From: Deltaproteobacteria bacterium
Lineage (GTDB): Bacteria > SAR324 > NAC60-12
DNA length: 45,197 nt
NCBI GenBank assembly: GCA_018645085.1
Contig: JABGPG010000094.1
Location: forward strand, 1-45,197
Direction: 5' to 3'
Part shown: positions 17,712 to 28,083 of the stretch, in pieces
Layout of the letters: every line of letters starts with the position of its first letter
Position numbering within the stretch: position 1 is the stretch's first letter
Made by a program: the position numbers and the translations under genes
Notes under the pieces: generated by a model
What the model saw: only the letters and a program-made list of their open reading frames with translations
What the model was told of the DNA's origin: nothing
Database searches by the model: none

Positions 17712-19423
17712 TATTCTTTAATGAAATCTGCCTGAATGCTTGCAAGTCGTTCGTTTAACATTGCAGAATCTTTTCCCTGTAAATTAAAGTAGTATTTAAT
17801 TTTCGGCTCAGTTCCGGAAGGTCGCGCTGTTATTCTTGAATTATCTGCCAATTCGAGTGCAATCACATTTGACTGAGGTAATCCAGGACCTTGCTTCGTC
17901 TCATTGCCGCAGATAATTGTGTTTTCCAGATAATCTGTAATTTTAACTACAGCCTGCCCTGCTACACTTTCCGGAGGAGAGTTGCGTAAATCACGCATAA
18001 TTTGCTGAATTTTCGCCATACCCTTTGTGCCTTTAAAGGTTTGTGTCCCAAGAGCGTCCAGATGTATCCCGTATTGCTGATAAATTTGATTTAGCCTGTC
18101 TATTGGGGTCAGCTTATTTTGTTTCAGTGCAGCGGCCATTTCAGCAAAAGCCATTGAGGCCCAGATTCCGTCTTTATCACCGGAATGATTTCCCATTAAA
18201 AAACCGTGACTTTCTTCCATTCCAAAGACAAATTTTCCGCCCTGCTCTTTTTCAAAACGCAAAGCTGCTTGTCGAATCCATTTAAAACCTGTTAAAACTT
18301 CAATTGCATTTAAGCCGTTTTCCCTCGCCATTTTTGAAACAAGCGGAGAAGTCACGACAGTCGAGATAATCACTCCTTTTTGAGGCAGACGCTGTTGAAG
18401 TTTCAAAGTAGAAAGTACGAAGTCGAGAATCAGCACACCAATTTGATTACCTGATAACCACTGCCAATTTTTTTCAGCATCACGCACCATAACACCAAGA
18501 CGATCCGCATCCGGATCATTGGCCAGGATAAGTTCATCGTCTTCAGAAGCAGTAGCCTGAGCCATGGCAAAGGACTTTTTTTCTTCCGGATTTGGTGATG
18601 CAACTGTACTGAAATTTCCATCCGGTAGCATTTGTTCTGCAACAACTTTCATTTTTTCAAAACCTTGTTGCCGCAGCAGTTCAGGAACCAGTCGACCACC
18701 TGTTCCGTGAAGCGGAGTGAAAACCACGCCTAGTTTCTTATTGTTTTCACGCTCTCCTAGACTTAATTTTCTGACAGTCTCAAAAAAATACTCATCAGCC
18801 TGTTTGTCTATCCATTCCACTTTGCCTTCCTGCAAAGCAGTTTCAAACGGAACAGTTGGAATTTCATCGATACGTTTAATATTCCGGACCTCTTCAATAA
18901 TCTGGCTGTCCTCAGGAGGAACAATCAGCCCGCCATTTTCCCAATATACCTTGTAACCGTTGTACTCCGGGGGATTGTGGCTCGCAGTGATAATGATTCC
19001 GGCAATAGCTTTTCGACGTAAAAGTTCGCATGAAACAAGTGGTGTTGGGGCAATTTCACGGAACAAAAATACCGGAATTCCGTGTGCGGCTAACACCTGG
19101 CTGCTGACTTTCGCAAATTCAAATGAACGGTGACGTGAATCGTAACCGATGACTACTCCAGATGCGTCCGATTCTTGCGACTTTTTTTTAATGATCCTCG
19201 CGACACCTTCGGTTGCAGTTTGGATGGTGTAGCGGTTTATTCTGTTTGTACCGACACCCATGATTCCCCTCAGACCGCCTGTACCAAATTCCAACAGGCT
19301 ACCGAAACATTCTTCACGTTCAGTTTGTTTGTCATCAGCCAGGAGCTTTTTTGCTTCCTTGCGGGTTTCTGAGTCAAAATAGGGATTTTCAGCCCAGAAT
19401 TTTACAGTTTCTAAAATATCCAT
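17711..19423 (-). CDS. Alpha-D-phosphohexomutase (phosphoglucomutase/phosphomannomutase family, PgcA-like size)
   Basis: The active-site Ser loop TASHNPPEYNGYK is present, as is the metal loop DPDADR. GEESHG-like MEESHG is also present. Length is 570 aa. Confidence 0.9.
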   Translation of the reverse strand: MDILETVKFWAENPYFDSETRKEAKKLLADDKQTEREECFGSLLEFGTGGLRGIMGVGTNRINRYTIQTATEGVARIIKKKSQESDASGVVIGYDSRHRSFEFAKVSSQVLAAHGIPVFLFREIAPTPLVSCELLRRKAIAGIIITASHNPPEYNGYKVYWENGGLIVPPEDSQIIEEVRNIKRIDEIPTVPFETALQEGKVEWIDKQADEYFFETVRKLSLGERENNKKLGVVFTPLHGTGGRLVPELLRQQGFEKMKVVAEQMLPDGNFSTVASPNPEEKKSFAMAQATASEDDELILANDPDADRLGVMVRDAEKNWQWLSGNQIGVLILDFVLSTLKLQQRLPQKGVIISTVVTSPLVSKMARENGLNAIEVLTGFKWIRQAALRFEKEQGGKFVFGMEESHGFLMGNHSGDKDGIWASMAFAEMAAALKQNKLTPIDRLNQIYQQYGIHLDALGTQTFKGTKGMAKIQQIMRDLRNSPPESVAGQAVVKITDYLENTIICGNETKQGPGLPQSNVIALELADNSRITARPSGTEPKIKYYFNLQGKDSAMLNERLASIQADFIKE

Positions 19424-19455
19424 ATTTTTTACAAGGAAACAGGTTAAAATTTTAT

Positions 19456-20427
19456 TTAAAGATTTTGTTCTAATTCCGCTATCAGATTTTTATCATCTGC
19501 TCGTATTACTATTTCTTCACTTGTTACAGGATGTGGAAAACTTATTTCCAATGCATGCAGTAACTGTCTGTGGAGAGGAAAATTCTGAGTACGCAAATAA
19601 TCATCACCTTCACTCAACCAATTTATAAAACCATCATTCGGCAGACCATAGAGTTTGTCACCGACAATTGAGCAGCCTAGGTGAGCGGCATGAACTCTAA
19701 TCTGGTGTGTCCTGCCTGTAAACGTACGTACTTCAACCAGTGAATAATCACCGAGTTTTTTAATTTCTCTGAAATGTGTCTGGCATGGTTTTCCCTGAGG
19801 ATTTACACTTTGCTTGATACGTATATCACTCTTTATATCCTGCCCAATCGGCAGTGAAATGTAGACCTCAGCAACTTCCTGCGCTGCATTATCCGGCAGA
19901 TGATTACTAAGCACAGCAGAGTAAATTTTATTGATCCGCTTATTTCGAAAATGTGCTGACATTGTCTGCGCAATTTCATGTCTCTTAGCAAAAACTATAA
20001 CGCCGCTGGTTTCACGGTCGAGTCGATGAAGAGTATAAAGTTTTTTCCAGCCAAACTTAGCTTTGAGCAAACTGACGAGAGTATTTTTAAAGTATTTTCC
20101 TGAAGGACTGGTAGGTAAGTTTCCTGATTTACTCAGAGCAATTAACGCGTCATCCTCAAAAATAATTTCAAAGTGCGGATCTACTTCTGGTTCAAGATAA
20201 TCCGGACGCAAATATACAATTTTTTGATTGCTACGTAACTTTAAATTCGCGCGGGCTGGTTTACCATCAACCCTGAGACGTTGAGCTTTGATGTTCTTGC
20301 GCCACTCCTGATCGTCTAAATATCGAAATCGACGCAGCAAAAAATCCAGCAGAGTCTCTACCTGACCGTCCAAACGCATATAGTGGAAGGTCAGCTCAGT
20401 ATGATCGGAAGTCAAGCGGATGGACAT
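19456..20427 (-). CDS. RluA-family 23S rRNA/tRNA pseudouridine synthase with an N-terminal S4-like domain
   Basis: The catalytic motif HRLDRETSGVIVFAK is present. TGRTHQIRVH is also present. Confidence 0.88.
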   Translation of the reverse strand: MSIRLTSDHTELTFHYMRLDGQVETLLDFLLRRFRYLDDQEWRKNIKAQRLRVDGKPARANLKLRSNQKIVYLRPDYLEPEVDPHFEIIFEDDALIALSKSGNLPTSPSGKYFKNTLVSLLKAKFGWKKLYTLHRLDRETSGVIVFAKRHEIAQTMSAHFRNKRINKIYSAVLSNHLPDNAAQEVAEVYISLPIGQDIKSDIRIKQSVNPQGKPCQTHFREIKKLGDYSLVEVRTFTGRTHQIRVHAAHLGCSIVGDKLYGLPNDGFINWLSEGDDYLRTQNFPLHRQLLHALEISFPHPVTSEEIVIRADDKNLIAELEQNL

Positions 20428-20457
20428 TATGCTACTCTAACTGGAAAAATTGCTGGT

Positions 20458-21507
20458 TCACTGATCTCTGAGTAACAGTTCATTCCCCTCCCAGGAGCTG
20501 ATCTCAAAAAAACGTCCATTCACTTTCTGGTTAAAGAGATCCATTTCCCCGCGAAGATTTGAGTCTTCAGCATTTGCACTTCCGGATTCATCCTGCAAAA
20601 TACCCATACGCATGCTCAAAATATAATTTCCATTGGCAGCAATATTATTTAGTAAGTTCAAGGTGTAAATCCTGCCATCAAATAAGGAAACTAACAAGGT
20701 TTCCTCCTCAATTGCAGAGCCTTCCAATTGCTGAGGCTCTTGATCCTTTTTATATAATTTAGCAAAAGAAAGAAGAGCAAGTCTATCAAGTATCTTCTTT
20801 ATTCGTTCTGCATCGGGTGTATTCAGGTTTTCTACTGTAGACTTCCATTCTGCTTCAGCACTGTTTCGATTGACAGCAAAGGAGCGTTCCTCACCGTTTT
20901 GGAGTTTGATGCTTGCGATCTTAGCAGACTCTAAAGCGAGCAGATCTTTTTTCAACCAATCATCAATTGCAGAGTCAACTGACAAACGTTCCGGAATCAG
21001 ATATACCTTGTCCGAACCTGCGTGACGTATATATTGTCCTTCACCATTGCTACGCTCCTTACCAAGCAGCAGGCTCAAAATCAAGCTTCCGTCACCGTGT
21101 AAAAGTGTAACTGAATCAGCGTGACGTTCCTTAGTCCACTCTTCCAGTTTCTCAGGCGGAGACAATAAGCGGAATCTTTCATGATGATCAGGATTGTTAG
21201 TCACCAGATCACCTAGACGTATTTGTGACAGATTGAGCAGTAAATCCTGAATTGGCTGTGTGTCTGCTTCGTAACTCAATGACTGCTCCTGCCAACCTCC
21301 ACCTTGTAACTGCAGCAAGGACAAGGCAATGCCTTCAACCTGAATATTGATCCTGTTCAAGGCTTTTGTGTCAAGCTTCTCTAATAATTTCTGTCCTCCA
21401 ACTGCTGAAATTGGCGAATTCAGGTAGTTTGTCTGATCTTTAAGATAGTAAAGTCCTGTGCCTGTGATGAATATAACTAAGGTGATTAATAATAGAGGTT
21501 TAAACAT
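20458..21507 (-). CDS. N-terminally membrane-anchored hypothetical protein (DUF4340-like by eye)
   Basis: There is a single N-terminal TM (LLLITLVIFITGTGLYY). Repeated modules of the form i.i......l.l......W resemble DUF4340. This family call is tentative. Confidence 0.5.
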   Translation of the reverse strand: MFKPLLLITLVIFITGTGLYYLKDQTNYLNSPISAVGGQKLLEKLDTKALNRINIQVEGIALSLLQLQGGGWQEQSLSYEADTQPIQDLLLNLSQIRLGDLVTNNPDHHERFRLLSPPEKLEEWTKERHADSVTLLHGDGSLILSLLLGKERSNGEGQYIRHAGSDKVYLIPERLSVDSAIDDWLKKDLLALESAKIASIKLQNGEERSFAVNRNSAEAEWKSTVENLNTPDAERIKKILDRLALLSFAKLYKKDQEPQQLEGSAIEEETLLVSLFDGRIYTLNLLNNIAANGNYILSMRMGILQDESGSANAEDSNLRGEMDLFNQKVNGRFFEISSWEGNELLLRDQ

Positions 21508-21787
21508 AATTATCTTAAATTTAAGCTTTGAAGACAGTTAAAATAAAAATTATTGAACTAGTTATTATCACTCATTTCTATGAAGTCTTCAAGGTACTAG
21601 GCGTCATTTTTAATCTTTCAGCATCTGTTTTCAGCCGGCAGAGCGTCTAAGCTGAAATCATAAAAACTTGAGCTTTTAGCAGAAGCTCTGTAAATTCGTA
21701 GATGAGTTTTTACTTATATTACAAAAAGCTTTCAGAGTTAATGTTGATTCAATGAGGCTTTTTGGAGTTATCTTTTTTTGAGGAACC

Positions 21788-24466
21788 ATGTCAGATAATC
21801 AGTTTGGATGCCGTGTAGATTTTGAAAGTGGTGAAGGTAAATCCGCACTTTATAGTTTGGAAAAGTTGCAGAAAGATGGAATAGGACCAGTAGACAGCCT
21901 CCCTTTTTCCATCCGGATCCTGCTTGAGCAAGCGTTGCGTAATGTTGATGATTTTCAGGTACGTCCGGAAGACGTGACTGCACTTGCCAACTGGAATGCA
22001 AATGAAAAATCTAAACAAGAAATACCTTTTAAACCAACCAGAGTAATCTTACAGGATTTTACAGGAGTACCTGCAGTGGTTGATCTTGCATCTCTGCGTT
22101 CTGCGATGGTGGCGATGAACGGAGATCCAAGTGTGATTAATCCGCGTGTTCCGGTTGATCTGGTGATTGACCACTCGATACAGGTTGATTTTTTTGGAAG
22201 TTCAGGTGCGCTCAAAAAAAACATGGAAATCGAATTCAGGCGCAACCGTGAACGTTACGAATTTCTAAAATGGGGTAAGCAGGCTTTTGATAATTTTAAT
22301 GTCTATCCTCCAGGTGTAGGAATTGTGCATCAGGTTAATCTTGAAACTGCAGCAAGTGTAGTTCAGTCACGGGACGGTGTTTGTTTTCCGGACACTGTTG
22401 TCGGAACAGATTCACACACCACTATGATTAACGGACTTGGTGTTATGGGCTGGGGAGTCGGTGGTATTGAAGCAGAATCGGTCATGCTCGGCCAACCGAT
22501 TTATATGCTGATTCCGGAAGTAATAGGATTCCGCCTGCAGGGTAAACTTCAGGAAAACGCAACCGCGACGGATTTGGTTTTACGGGTTGTTGAAATGCTG
22601 CGGCAAAAAGGTGTGGTAGAAAAATTTGTTGAATTTTTTGGCACCGGTTTGAATAATCTAACTCTGGCTGACCGTGCAACTCTGGCTAATATGGCTCCGG
22701 AATATGGAGCAACGATGGGATTTGTTCCAGTTGATGATGAGACATTAAATTATTTACGCGGTACAGGACGTCCGGAAGCCTTGGTTCAGCGCATTGAAAG
22801 ATATTCTAAAGCACAAGGACTTTTCCGCAGAAATGACACTCCAGATCCAATATTTACGGATACATTGGAACTCGATCTTTCAACGGTTGAACCAGCGTTG
22901 GCCGGACCTAAACGTCCGCAGGATCGGGTTAATCTTTCGCAAATGCAGCCAAAATGGCAAAAAACTTTGCAGGCATCCACCAAAGAACGTGGATTTGAGT
23001 TGAGCGGAGATGAACTGGAAACTTCTGTGCCAGTAAAGGGTATTGAGTCCGGTGAACTAAAACACGGTTCGGTGGTGATTGCTGCCATCACTTCCTGCAC
23101 AAATACAAGTAATCCATCGGTGATGCTGGCAGCTGGTCTGCTTGCTAAAAAAGCAGTTGAAAAAGGGCTGAAACGTCAACCGTGGGTGAAGACTTCTCTG
23201 GGGCCCGGTTCACGTGTTGTCACGGATTACCTGCAGGCAACAGGTTTGAACGAAGCGCTAGACGCCTTGGGTTTTCACACAGTAGGCTATGGTTGTACAA
23301 CCTGTATCGGCAACTCAGGACCTTTGCCTGAAAACATTGTCAGCGCGATCAACGAAGGTGATTTGGTCGTTACATCTGTTTTGTCTGGTAATCGAAATTT
23401 TGAAGGCAGGATAAGTTCGCACATAAAGGCAAATTATTTAGCAAGTCCACCGTTGGTTGTAGCTTATGCAATTGCGGGAACGGTTAATCAGGATTTGAAC
23501 AATGATCCGCTTGGAAACGATAAAGACGGAAAGCCGGTTTTTCTAAAAGACATTTGGCCAACTAAAGCGGAAATTGCAGAGGTAGAAAAAAAGATAAGCA
23601 GCGAAATGTATGAGAAAGAATACAAAGACGTTGGTGAAAGCTCTCCTATGTGGAATGCTGTAGAGTCTCGTACCGGTGAGGTTTATGAGTGGGACGACAG
23701 TTCGACCTACATCCAAAATCCTCCTTTTTTCCAAAACATGGGTCTGGATACCAAAACATTAGCGGACATCACCGGAGCCAGAGTTTTAGTTAAGCTTGGA
23801 GACTCCATCACGACGGATCATATTTCTCCCGCCGGCTCTTTTGCTGAGGAAACTCCGGCAGGTGCATTTTTGCTGGCAAGTGGTACAGATAAAGTCGACT
23901 TCAATTCCTATGGTTCACGACGTGGTAATGACAGAGTCATGACACGCGGAACTTTTGGGAATGTGCGTTTACGAAATGAGTTGGCACCCGGAACAGAAGG
24001 TGGTTTTACCAAAATGATGCCTGACGGGGAAGTGACTACTATTTATGAAGCTTCGTTAAAATATAAAGAATCAGCAACACCGCTTGTCGTTTTAGCAGGT
24101 GCAGAATATGGTACAGGTTCATCGCGGGATTGGGCTGCAAAAGGAACACTGTTACTCGGCGTTAAGGCAGTTGCGGCTACAAGTTTTGAGCGAATTCACC
24201 GCTCCAATCTCGTAGGAATGGGTGTTCTGCCGTTGCAGTTCAAAGACGGTGAAACACATAAATCACTCGGTTTAAACGGTGATGAAGAGTACGCGGTTTT
24301 GGGTTTAAGTGATGATTTAAAACCTGGTCAGGATTTAATCCTGCAGGCAGGAGATCGAAAGATCACAGTAACTTGCCGTTTAGATACGCAAGTTGAAATT
24401 GAATATTACAAAAACGGTGGTATTTTACATACAGTTCTACGTAATTTTATGCGTGAAAATCAGTAA
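21788..24466 (+). CDS. acnA: Aconitate hydratase A (IRP-like, 892 aa)
   Basis: Fe-S ligand motifs [18 protein letters not shown] and CTTCIGNSG are present. The N-terminus ([10 protein letters not shown]) is typical of AcnA. Confidence 0.95.
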   Translation: MSDNQFGCRVDFESGEGKSALYSLEKLQKDGIGPVDSLPFSIRILLEQALRNVDDFQVRPEDVTALANWNANEKSKQEIPFKPTRVILQDFTGVPAVVDLASLRSAMVAMNGDPSVINPRVPVDLVIDHSIQVDFFGSSGALKKNMEIEFRRNRERYEFLKWGKQAFDNFNVYPPGVGIVHQVNLETAASVVQSRDGVCFPDTVVGTDSHTTMINGLGVMGWGVGGIEAESVMLGQPIYMLIPEVIGFRLQGKLQENATATDLVLRVVEMLRQKGVVEKFVEFFGTGLNNLTLADRATLANMAPEYGATMGFVPVDDETLNYLRGTGRPEALVQRIERYSKAQGLFRRNDTPDPIFTDTLELDLSTVEPALAGPKRPQDRVNLSQMQPKWQKTLQASTKERGFELSGDELETSVPVKGIESGELKHGSVVIAAITSCTNTSNPSVMLAAGLLAKKAVEKGLKRQPWVKTSLGPGSRVVTDYLQATGLNEALDALGFHTVGYGCTTCIGNSGPLPENIVSAINEGDLVVTSVLSGNRNFEGRISSHIKANYLASPPLVVAYAIAGTVNQDLNNDPLGNDKDGKPVFLKDIWPTKAEIAEVEKKISSEMYEKEYKDVGESSPMWNAVESRTGEVYEWDDSSTYIQNPPFFQNMGLDTKTLADITGARVLVKLGDSITTDHISPAGSFAEETPAGAFLLASGTDKVDFNSYGSRRGNDRVMTRGTFGNVRLRNELAPGTEGGFTKMMPDGEVTTIYEASLKYKESATPLVVLAGAEYGTGSSRDWAAKGTLLLGVKAVAATSFERIHRSNLVGMGVLPLQFKDGETHKSLGLNGDEEYAVLGLSDDLKPGQDLILQAGDRKITVTCRLDTQVEIEYYKNGGILHTVLRNFMRENQ

Positions 24467-24501
24467 GAACTGTAGTGAGGCCGCAACTTTATTGTGTCCA
24501 C

Positions 24502-25053
24502 ATGAAAGATGTTCTATTACTAAATCAGGACGGCAACCCCTTGACGCTGTGGCCCTTGAGTACTATCACCTGGCAACAGGCGATAAAGGCGCTCTATCTT
24601 GACAAGGTGACTGTTTTACGTTCCTATGATGACTGGATATGTCATTCACAACACTTGGCTTTAGCTGTGCCGAGTGTTGTGATGATGGCCAATTATCATT
24701 ATCAAAAAGGTACAGTCAATTTTACCCGCCGTAACATTTTCCTACGCGACCGTTTTCACTGCCAATACTGTCAACGTCATTTCTCCGCTGATCACCTTAC
24801 TATAGATCATGTTATTCCGAAAAGCAGAGGTGGCGGAATGCGCTGGAAAAATGTTGTCACAGCCTGCCAAAAATGTAACCTGACTAAAGGTGCAAATATA
24901 GTTAAACCTTCTCAACCGCCATTTGAACCTGATTATTGGCAAATGGTAAATATTGCCAAAACTCTACATATTCAAATTCCTGATCGAAGTTGGCAGGAAT
25001 ATCTGCAGTGGCCCAAACATCTGGTGAAGATCAATCAGGCCAAAGCAGCTTAA
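24502..25053 (+). CDS. HNH endonuclease (McrA/COG1403-like, stand-alone)
   Basis: CQYC....DHVIPKSRGG....N...CQKCNLTKG gives the CxxC/CxxC zinc knuckle plus the HNH His and Asn. The family-typical N-terminus is MKDVLLLNQDGNPL. I prefer ATG 24502 over the GTG at 24475. Confidence 0.85.
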   Translation: MKDVLLLNQDGNPLTLWPLSTITWQQAIKALYLDKVTVLRSYDDWICHSQHLALAVPSVVMMANYHYQKGTVNFTRRNIFLRDRFHCQYCQRHFSADHLTIDHVIPKSRGGGMRWKNVVTACQKCNLTKGANIVKPSQPPFEPDYWQMVNIAKTLHIQIPDRSWQEYLQWPKHLVKINQAKAA

Positions 25054-26138
25054 CCGTTTTTACGCTCAAACTCCTGCATAAAATTAGCGAGTTCTGCTAC
25101 TCCTTCCAGAGGCATAGCATTGTAAATTGAGGCTCTTGCACCGCCGACTTTGGCATGTCCCATGAGGCCAAAAAAACCTTCTTTATCGGACTCAGTTAGA
25201 AACTTCTGGAGCAGTTCAGCTTGTGGTAAATGAAAAGTAACGTTCATGGTTGAACGGTGTTCCGGATGTGCCACTGCAAGATAAAAATCGGACCGATCCA
25301 GTACGTCATACAGCAGTGCAGATTTTTTATCTGCCAGTTTTTCCATTTCCGGAACTCCACCTTGTTCCTTTACCCATTCCAGCATCAGACGCATCACATA
25401 AACCGCAAAAACATTGATCGTGTTTGGTATGGAATGATGTTCGTCAAACAAGGCATAATCCAACAATTTTGGAGTTTCAGGTAGTGCATTACCCAGCAGA
25501 TCATCCCTGACAATTACAATTGCAGTTCCGGCTGTACCGAGATTTTTCTGAAATCCCGCATAAACTACCCCAAACTGTGAATAATCCATTTCTCTGGACA
25601 AAATGTCTGAGGTGGCGTCCGCGGCTAAAGGTACACTTCCTGTGTCTGGAAAGGAATGCCAGCGCGTTCCGTAAAGCGTATTATTGGTAGTCAAGTGAGC
25701 ATAACTGCTTTCCTGATCCAGTTTACTTCTGTCATATTCCGGAATTAACCGATAATCATACTCTTTAGTATCCATCAGAATTTCTGTGCTGCCGTAACGC
25801 TGAGCCTCTTTTTCCGCTAAAATACCCCATCTTCCGGTGATAAAGTATGAGCCTTTGTGCTTTTTACGTGACATTAAATTTAGTGGAACAGCAGAAAACT
25901 GCATTTGCGCACCACCGTGCATGAAAAGTACACGGTAGTTTTTTGGAAGATTAGTCAGTTCACGGAACATTGATTCAGTAGCATCAAGAATTTCACGAAA
26001 GATTGGAAGTCTGTGGCTTACTTCAACAATAGAGGCACCAAGTCCTTGATAGTCCAGAAACTCCTCCTGAATTTTTTGCATGACTGGAGTAGGCAGCATT
26101 GCCGGTCCGGCACTGAAATTGTAGACACGATTAGTCAT
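25050..26138 (-). CDS. serC: 3-phosphoserine/phosphohydroxythreonine aminotransferase
   Basis: The N-terminus is YNFSAGPAMLP. Length is 362 aa. By eye I see no Lys in the stretch FQKNLGTAG, so the PLP-Lys region is not confirmed. Confidence 0.92.
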   Translation of the reverse strand: MTNRVYNFSAGPAMLPTPVMQKIQEEFLDYQGLGASIVEVSHRLPIFREILDATESMFRELTNLPKNYRVLFMHGGAQMQFSAVPLNLMSRKKHKGSYFITGRWGILAEKEAQRYGSTEILMDTKEYDYRLIPEYDRSKLDQESSYAHLTTNNTLYGTRWHSFPDTGSVPLAADATSDILSREMDYSQFGVVYAGFQKNLGTAGTAIVIVRDDLLGNALPETPKLLDYALFDEHHSIPNTINVFAVYVMRLMLEWVKEQGGVPEMEKLADKKSALLYDVLDRSDFYLAVAHPEHRSTMNVTFHLPQAELLQKFLTESDKEGFFGLMGHAKVGGARASIYNAMPLEGVAELANFMQEFERKNG

Positions 26139-26235
26139 TATTTATCCTTTGTTTGTAAAGTTGTAAGTTTGTTGAAAAGAAAAATTATCAAAGTCTTTCT
26201 GTTGCAATATTTTTGCTAAGTTCAATAAAAAATAT

Positions 26236-27300
26236 TTAAGATCTAGGACGCAAAATCAGTTCAACCACAACCGAATAAACCTTTTCCTTGCGGATGAAAC
26301 GCACGGTGACTTCTTCACCGGATTTGCGTGTTTCGATCTGTTGCGCTAAATCTTCCATCGAAGCAACAGGAGTTTCGTTGATATGAGTAATTATATCACC
26401 GCCCCATGGAACCTTGTAGCGTCCAACTTTGACAGTTCTCGATGCACCACGCAATCCCGCATTATCAGCGGAAGCACCGTTCACCACACGTGCGATTAAC
26501 AGACCTTCCTGAATGTCAATTCCTATACGGCGCAAATAAACAGTTGGGATGGGTTCAATACCAAGCCACGGTCGTCGTACATAACCGTATTTCAGCAGGT
26601 CCGGTAGAATACGTAACGCGGTATTGCTCGGTACCGCAAAGCCTATGCCCACACTTCCAGCGGAACCTATGATCGCAGTGTTAATTCCAATCACATTTCC
26701 CTCAGAGTCGAGCAAAGGTCCACCTGAATTCCCGGGATTTATGGCTGCATCGGTTTGTATGATACCTTCAATTTTACGTCCGTTTTTGGCCGCAATGGTA
26801 CGTCCCAAAGCACTGATGATTCCTGTAGTTAAGGTTTGCCGTAATCCAAAAGGGTTTCCCAGTGCTAATACTTTTTGACCAACTACAATGTCATTGGAAT
26901 GGGAAAATTTGAGGACATCATAACTTTCAGCAGGAGCTTCTATACGTACAATGGCCAGATCGTTGTTAGGATCTGCACCAACAAGTTTTCCGGGCCACTG
27001 ACTATTATCTGCAAGTGTAACAACCAGTTTGCTGGCGTTTTCAACTACATGATAATTGGTGACAATAATTCCGGATTTGTTAATCAGGAATCCTGTTCCG
27101 GAACCTGATTCGGCGGGAATAGCACGGTAGTAGAAATCATAGTTAACCGCAATATTGCTGATGTTAACTACCGCTCTGCTGCTTTTTGCATAAATGCTGA
27201 TATTTTCCTGCTCATCAACAGAGTAGCGCGTAACTCCCTGGACTTGTGTAAAACAGAAAGCAAGAACCAAAAACAAAAATAGATGTCTGGAGGAGAACAT
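26236..27300 (-). CDS. S1C (HtrA/DegP/DegS-like) periplasmic serine protease with one PDZ domain
   Basis: A signal peptide is present. The catalytic triad contexts are TNYHVV, NDLAIV and GNSGGPLL. A PDZ-like C-terminus follows. Confidence 0.88.
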   Translation of the reverse strand: MFSSRHLFLFLVLAFCFTQVQGVTRYSVDEQENISIYAKSSRAVVNISNIAVNYDFYYRAIPAESGSGTGFLINKSGIIVTNYHVVENASKLVVTLADNSQWPGKLVGADPNNDLAIVRIEAPAESYDVLKFSHSNDIVVGQKVLALGNPFGLRQTLTTGIISALGRTIAAKNGRKIEGIIQTDAAINPGNSGGPLLDSEGNVIGINTAIIGSAGSVGIGFAVPSNTALRILPDLLKYGYVRRPWLGIEPIPTVYLRRIGIDIQEGLLIARVVNGASADNAGLRGASRTVKVGRYKVPWGGDIITHINETPVASMEDLAQQIETRKSGEEVTVRFIRKEKVYSVVVELILRPRS

Positions 27301-27325
27301 AAAATAATTTTAGAATTTGCGGATT

Positions 27326-28057
27326 TTAATAAACTGACCTTCCACCGTCAACAGGTAGGATGGTACCGGTAACAAAGTCCGATTTTAACAAATATTCAAC
27401 AGCCTGTACAATATCTTCTGCTAAACCGATTCTTTTTAGCAGACTGCGTTTGACGGACTCGCTTAAGTCCATTTCCGCATGATCCGGAGGAGGCAGTACA
27501 GTTCCGGGTGCAATTGCGTTGACCTGTACCTCAGGCGCTAACGCACGTGCTAAACCTATGGTTAAAGAACTGAGTCCTGCTTTTGATGTGCAATAAGGTA
27601 AAAATCCGGACCACGGCCGATCCGCGGAAACATCAACCATATTTATTATTTTTCCTTCTCCACGTTTTTTCATCCCTTCCGCAATTGTTTGTGCTAAAAA
27701 AAACGGTGCCTTCAAATTAAGTTCAAAGAGATGATCCCATTCTTCTTCACTTGTTGAGAAAAACGGAGTTGGAAAAAAATCAGCCGCATTATTGATCAAC
27801 ACTGAAATCGGTCCGGATTTATCCTCAGCTTTCCGGACAAGTTCTTTAATCGCGGAAACATCTTTTAAATCTGCTTGAAGAATAAGATGTCGTGATTCGT
27901 CACCCGGAAGCAGCTTAACGGTTTGTTTTGCGCCTTTTTCAGAGTGGTGATAATGTATGACAACGCGCATTCCCAATTGACCTAATTTTTGAGCAATTGC
28001 CTGTCCCAGTCTAACTCCGGATCCAGTGACCAGCGCTACTTTATCTTGCAAATTCAT
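27326..28057 (-). CDS. Short-chain dehydrogenase/reductase (FolM/pteridine-reductase-like by eye)
   Basis: The cofactor-binding motif TGSGVRLG is present. NNA and the catalytic YCTSK (YxxxK) are also present. Confidence 0.8.
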   Translation of the reverse strand: MNLQDKVALVTGSGVRLGQAIAQKLGQLGMRVVIHYHHSEKGAKQTVKLLPGDESRHLILQADLKDVSAIKELVRKAEDKSGPISVLINNAADFFPTPFFSTSEEEWDHLFELNLKAPFFLAQTIAEGMKKRGEGKIINMVDVSADRPWSGFLPYCTSKAGLSSLTIGLARALAPEVQVNAIAPGTVLPPPDHAEMDLSESVKRSLLKRIGLAEDIVQAVEYLLKSDFVTGTILPVDGGRSVY

Positions 28058-28083
28058 AAACGTTTTTATAATTATTAGCTAAT

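Noticed and set aside
21428-21435. Third copy of the TTGTCTGA 8-mer
   Set aside because: It lies inside the DUF4340-like coding region, far from the mtn cluster. This shows the 8-mer occurs by chance, so I do not call it a regulator site and I down-weighted the 40931 copy.
21564-21569. Fur-box-like sequence upstream of acnA
   Set aside because: Only a single GATAAT hexamer (minus strand) is present. The flanks do not match the 19-bp Fur consensus, and such hexamers are expected by chance in AT-rich DNA.
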